A stretch of 13,258 nucleotides of DNA, from contig NW_021826447.1 of NCBI RefSeq assembly GCF_006345805.1, forward strand, positions 1-13,258, in the 5' to 3' direction. The stretch is from Octopus sinensis (Eukaryota). The notes under the pieces were generated by a model that saw only the letters and a list, made by a program, of their open reading frames with translations, had not been told where the DNA came from and did not search any database. Shown here piece after piece: positions 9,846 through 13,258 of this stretch; the first letter of the stretch is position 1, and the number at the start of each line of letters is the position of its first letter. A program made the translations under genes and the position numbers.

Positions 9846-10134
9846 TACAGTGTTTATATTTTATCGAAACCGAAATTCTCTCTCTCCAGATGCGACGTTT
9901 ACACGACTGCGATCCTCAGGCAACAAGTGCTGCAGTTTTGTTGAGTGGTATATTTATACGCGTTGATGTGATTGTGCTCTCTTGCTCCTTCGCTGTTTTT
10001 AATCTATTGCCTGATATTTCTATGAGTGCTGATCAGCTCTTAGTTTTTCCGTTACGTCATTGGTTAGTTTCTGGGGCATTGTTCTTTCTCATTTACATAT
10101 TTTGAGTTGGATATTTTTAATTTGTTACGTTGTA

Positions 10135-11015
10135 GGAAGTGGTATCAAAAGGCTAGCGGTCTCTTATCTTATTTACCTAAGTTTTATCATTGTTTCCTTC
10201 GAAATAGTCATCTAGCGCAGTAGTAATCTGGTCCCAGCGACCCTGCCCCTCTTGGAAGTCGGCTTGCAAATTATTTTCTGTTAGTCGAGGGTCTTCTGGG
10301 ATTCGCTCTGGAACTCGACAACGGTGTTAAAACGGCGACCTTTGAGCTGCATTTTCATCTTGGGGAAGAGGTGGAAGTCCGCGGGTACAAAACCTGTCGA
10401 ACAGGGTGGGCACGGAAGCGATGCCATGTTGTTGTTTTTTTTTCTGAGAAACTCACGAGTGGGGAGAGCTCGTTGACAAGGTACATAGTCGTTGTGAAGA
10501 ATTCAAGTTTTTTGCGCTCCACCGATTCCGTAGCTTTCGCCCAATGTCCTCTCTGAATCGCTTGGAAATATCTCAGTAGAACTCTCGATTGACGGTCTGG
10601 CGATGGGGCACTGATTCTTGATGCGCAATACCGCGGATGTCGAAAAAAAACGATGACAATGCCCTTAACTGAGCTGCGGTTCTGTCATGCCTTTTGAAGT
10701 GCCCATGCCTCTCAAACATAGCCTAGTCACCGTAACCTTGCCGAAACATACTCAATGTCTCTGTAACACACTTCCAAAGTTTAACGCAAAATTTAGGTTG
10801 GTTTTTTTTGTTGCAACTTCCTGTCCACGACAAAAATCACAGACTCCATGTGATTGCAAAAACACAAATTTCACAACTTGCGAAGTAAACACAGAGATGT
10901 CACCCGGCAGGGTGCCTCATGAACGCCACTACTAGCACTCACTGGCACATAATCATGTGCTGTCATCTGTTGGTGAGCTGCAAAACTAGTCCAGTAACGT
11001 TTTTATACCACCTAT
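10135..11015 (-). mobile_element. Internally deleted, degenerate mariner (Tc1/mariner DD34D) transposon
   Basis: Minus-strand fragments: N-terminal NF/CVKL..ETLSMFRQGYGD..FERHGHFK, then RSSVKGIVIVFFDIRGIAHQESVPHRQTVNREFY*, LHNDYVP (HDNAP motif), PPCS...PADFHLFPKMKMQLKGRRF (YSPDLAPxD motif) and DYFEG. Degenerate TIRs: gtggtatcaaaaggctagcggtct (~10139-10162) versus agtccagtaacgtttttataccac (~10988-11011), with TA nearby on both sides. Confidence 0.88.
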
Positions 11016-11092
11016 TACGTACTGGGTTTATATGTTTATTTAATTAAGCTTCTTCATATGATATTGTAAAAAGTTTTTTTCGTTTTATATGA

Positions 11093-11295
11093 GTGGAGGT
11101 GCAAGGCTCAATGGTTAAGGTGCTGGAATCATGATCGCAATATTGTGGTTTCGATTCCTGGATGGGATAATGTGCTGTGTTCTTCAGCAAGGCACTCCAT
11201 TTCACCTTCTCCAATCCACTCAGCTGGCAAAAATGAGTAACCCTGCAACGGACCGATGTCCCGTTCAGGTGGGAAATATATATTCCCCACCCTGG
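11093..11295 (+). mobile_element. Third tRNA-derived SINE family (degenerate)
   Basis: A-box-like ggctcaatggttaagg and B-box-like ggtttcgattcc, followed by a non-tRNA body (gtgttcttcagcaaggcac...cctgcaacggaccgatgtcccgttcagg). A possible related tail lies at ~11528-11600. Confidence 0.65.
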
Positions 11296-11653
11296 AATAC
11301 ATATTAAGCAACAACAGGTGCTGAAATGTTCTTGGCTTTGGGTAAAAGAAAATAGAGGAGGATCAGTTAATTATGATTTTATTCAACATATTCCCTTCTC
11401 AGATTCACACACTTATTGCAGCAGTCCTTCAGTTAAAACAGATTAAATGAACTCTGAAGGTTATCCCTCCAACAAGGTCTTTCGCGGCACCCTTAAAGCC
11501 AGGCACTTTTCACTACCTTCTGGTATATGCCACAGAAATCGGGGAACCGACTTTATGAGTCCCTATGACTTATCGGGAAGGTGCTTTATCCTTTTTTTTC
11601 TTTTTATATATATGTTTTTTTCTTTGCTCACGTTTGCTTTGATATATATCATT

Positions 11654-11712
11654 TAGTCGTTAGGCTTCTTGGCTTTCACCAAGGCGACTTGGGTTCGATT
11701 CCTGCTAAGGGA
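11654..11712 (+). pseudogene. Degenerate tRNA-Glu(TTC)-like sequence (tRNA pseudogene or SINE head)
   Basis: tagtcgttaggcttcttggctttcaccaaggcgacttgggttcgattcctgctaaggga is collinear by eye with eukaryotic tRNA-Glu(UUC). The anticodon loop is ctttcac and a GGTTCGATTCC T-loop/B-box is present. The 5' acceptor strand is missing and the anticodon stem is mismatched. Confidence 0.65.
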
Positions 11713-11718
11713 GTTTAA

Positions 11719-12514
11719 GAGCAGGCATGGCTGAGTAGTTAGGAGGCTCACTTTGCAACCACATGGTTTCAGGTACAGTCCCATTGTGTGGCACCTTGGG
11801 CAAGTGTCTTCTTCTATACTCTCGGGTCGACCGATGTCTTGTGGGCTAATATATAGACGGAAATTTAAAGCGGCGAGCTGGCAGAATCGTTAACTCGCCA
11901 GGCGAAATGCTAAGCGGTATTTCGTTTGCCGCTACGTTCTGAGTTCAAATTCGGCCGAGGTCGACTTTGCCTTTCATCATTTCGGGGTCGATTATATAAG
12001 TACCAGTTACGCACTGGGGTGAATGTAATCGACTTAATCCGTGTGTCTGTCCATGTTTGTCGCCTCTATGTTTAGCCCCTTGTAGGCAATAAAGGATTAT
12101 ATATAGACGGAAATCGTGCAGAATCAGGTCATGTATGGACACCTGTGCACGTGCGAGTCTGTGTGTCGTTATGTGTGTATGTTACTTTGTGTATATGTTA
12201 TATTTTGAGTGTGTGTGTCTGTGTGTGTATGTGTGTGTGTGTGTGTGTATGCGTGTGTGTGTATGCGTGTGTGTGTGTGTGTGTATGTGTGTGTGTGTGT
12301 GTGTGTGTTTGTATTTGTCCCCACCAACGCAGGCCAACCTCTTTTCGTTATGTTTACATCCCCTTACTGTCGCGGTTCGGTTACATAATCCGATAGACTC
12401 AACAACAAATACCGGGAGGGATTTGTTCGACAAAATCCTTCAAGGTTGTGCACCAGCATGGCCGTTGTTGAATACCTGAAGCAAATCAAAGGCTAAAAGA
12501 TGAAAGATAGAGTG
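11719..12514 (+). mobile_element. Old, diverged family-A-like SINE with nested family B insertion and expanded (TG)n
   Basis: Head gcaggcatggctgagtagttagg...gcaaccacatggtttcaggtacagtccc...gcaccttgggcaagtgtcttc. The 3' part reads gatttgttcgacaaaa...caccagcatggccg...gaaagatagagtg. Confidence 0.8.
11865..12098 (+). mobile_element. SINE family B, full length, with 16-bp target-site duplication
   Basis: Matches 3579-3811 along its length; atatatagacggaaat occurs at both 11849-11864 and 12099-12114. Confidence 0.93.
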
Positions 12515-13140
12515 ATTGTAAATACAGGTGTTACGGTAGGATGGCTTCGTTGGTGAGAACTTCATTTTCGTTTGGATTAAGGAATTTTAATGGCGTGTTT
12601 CTGTGTATGTTACCTCTAAAACTAATTAACACTATAGTCGCAGCGGCATTTCAGACACTGGAAGTGTTAGGAAATTTTCTTTGGAATTTTCTTTCGCTCA
12701 GAGGAATGAAGGAAATAGTTTACTATGGTTTATTGAATTACCCAAGAGTCAAAGAGTAACATTCGTTGCTTGTTTAGACATGTAAGCGTTTATTGATGTT
12801 TTCCTTTAAATTAATTAAATGTTTTTGATTGTGATGGTATGTGTGTGTACGAGTATCCTGGGTATGACTTTAAACTGCATCCAGTTGTGGGGCTTTGGCT
12901 CGAGAGTTCGAAGGATGAGAGGTGTCTGGAACCACCTTTTAGGTCACTATTGTCCACAAGTATACACTGGATTGGAGTAAGAGCAACAGTCAGAAGCCAA
13001 GCTATGGATGAATTGACATAATAGGGCTTGTCTATCTATGCATGCGATGACTGGATCCGGAGGACCCTGCGGAAGAAATTTTCATGGCTCAAAGGTTGTG
13101 GCGTAGAGTAAAATGAGGTCCGCTGCATCTGTCTCTAATC

Positions 13141-13258
13141 CTATTATTTTTTTATTGCTCACAAGGGTCTAAACATAGAGGGGGAAAACAAGAACAGACA
13201 AAAGGATTGAGCCGATTAGATCAACCCCAGTGCGTTACCGGTACTTAATTTATCGATC
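13141..13258 (-). mobile_element. SINE family B, 3' part (continues beyond the window)
   Basis: Reverse complement of the family B 3' region (cacaaggg.ctaaacatagagggg...ccccagtgcgt..ccggtacttaatttatcga). Confidence 0.88.

Noticed and set aside
9875-9950. Plus-strand acceptor (ttctctctctccag at 9889) before a CpG-rich stretch
   Set aside because: Weak donor and unrecognised peptide; cannot be supported without transcripts.
12845-13020. Possible further degenerate interspersed repeat, overlapping the 60-aa ORF 12839..13021
   Set aside because: No second copy in the window and no diagnostic motif; needs a RepeatMasker/BLAST search.

Overview
AT-rich, repeat-dense eukaryotic non-coding DNA, most likely from an octopod cephalopod (inferred from SINE families resembling those described in Octopus). 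No intact host protein-coding gene can be supported. Most ORFs in the six-frame track are translations of (TA)n/(TG)n microsatellites or of SINE antisense strands. The window holds many tRNA-derived SINE copies (two nested with clear target-site duplications), an internally deleted mariner transposon (~10135-11015), a degenerate tRNA-Glu-like sequence and a ~295-bp tandem duplication. The main feature, not evident from the ORF track, is a 5'-truncated minus-strand Penelope-like retroelement (~8007-9628). It carries a frameshifted GIY-YIG endonuclease preceded by an Asn/Ser-rich linker, and a complete type I hammerhead ribozyme motif (8067-8152, CUGAAGA core, GUA cleavage triplet, palindromic stem III). 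An 89-bp perfect inverted terminal duplication overlaps the ribozyme's 3' portion and starts a chimeric ORF.
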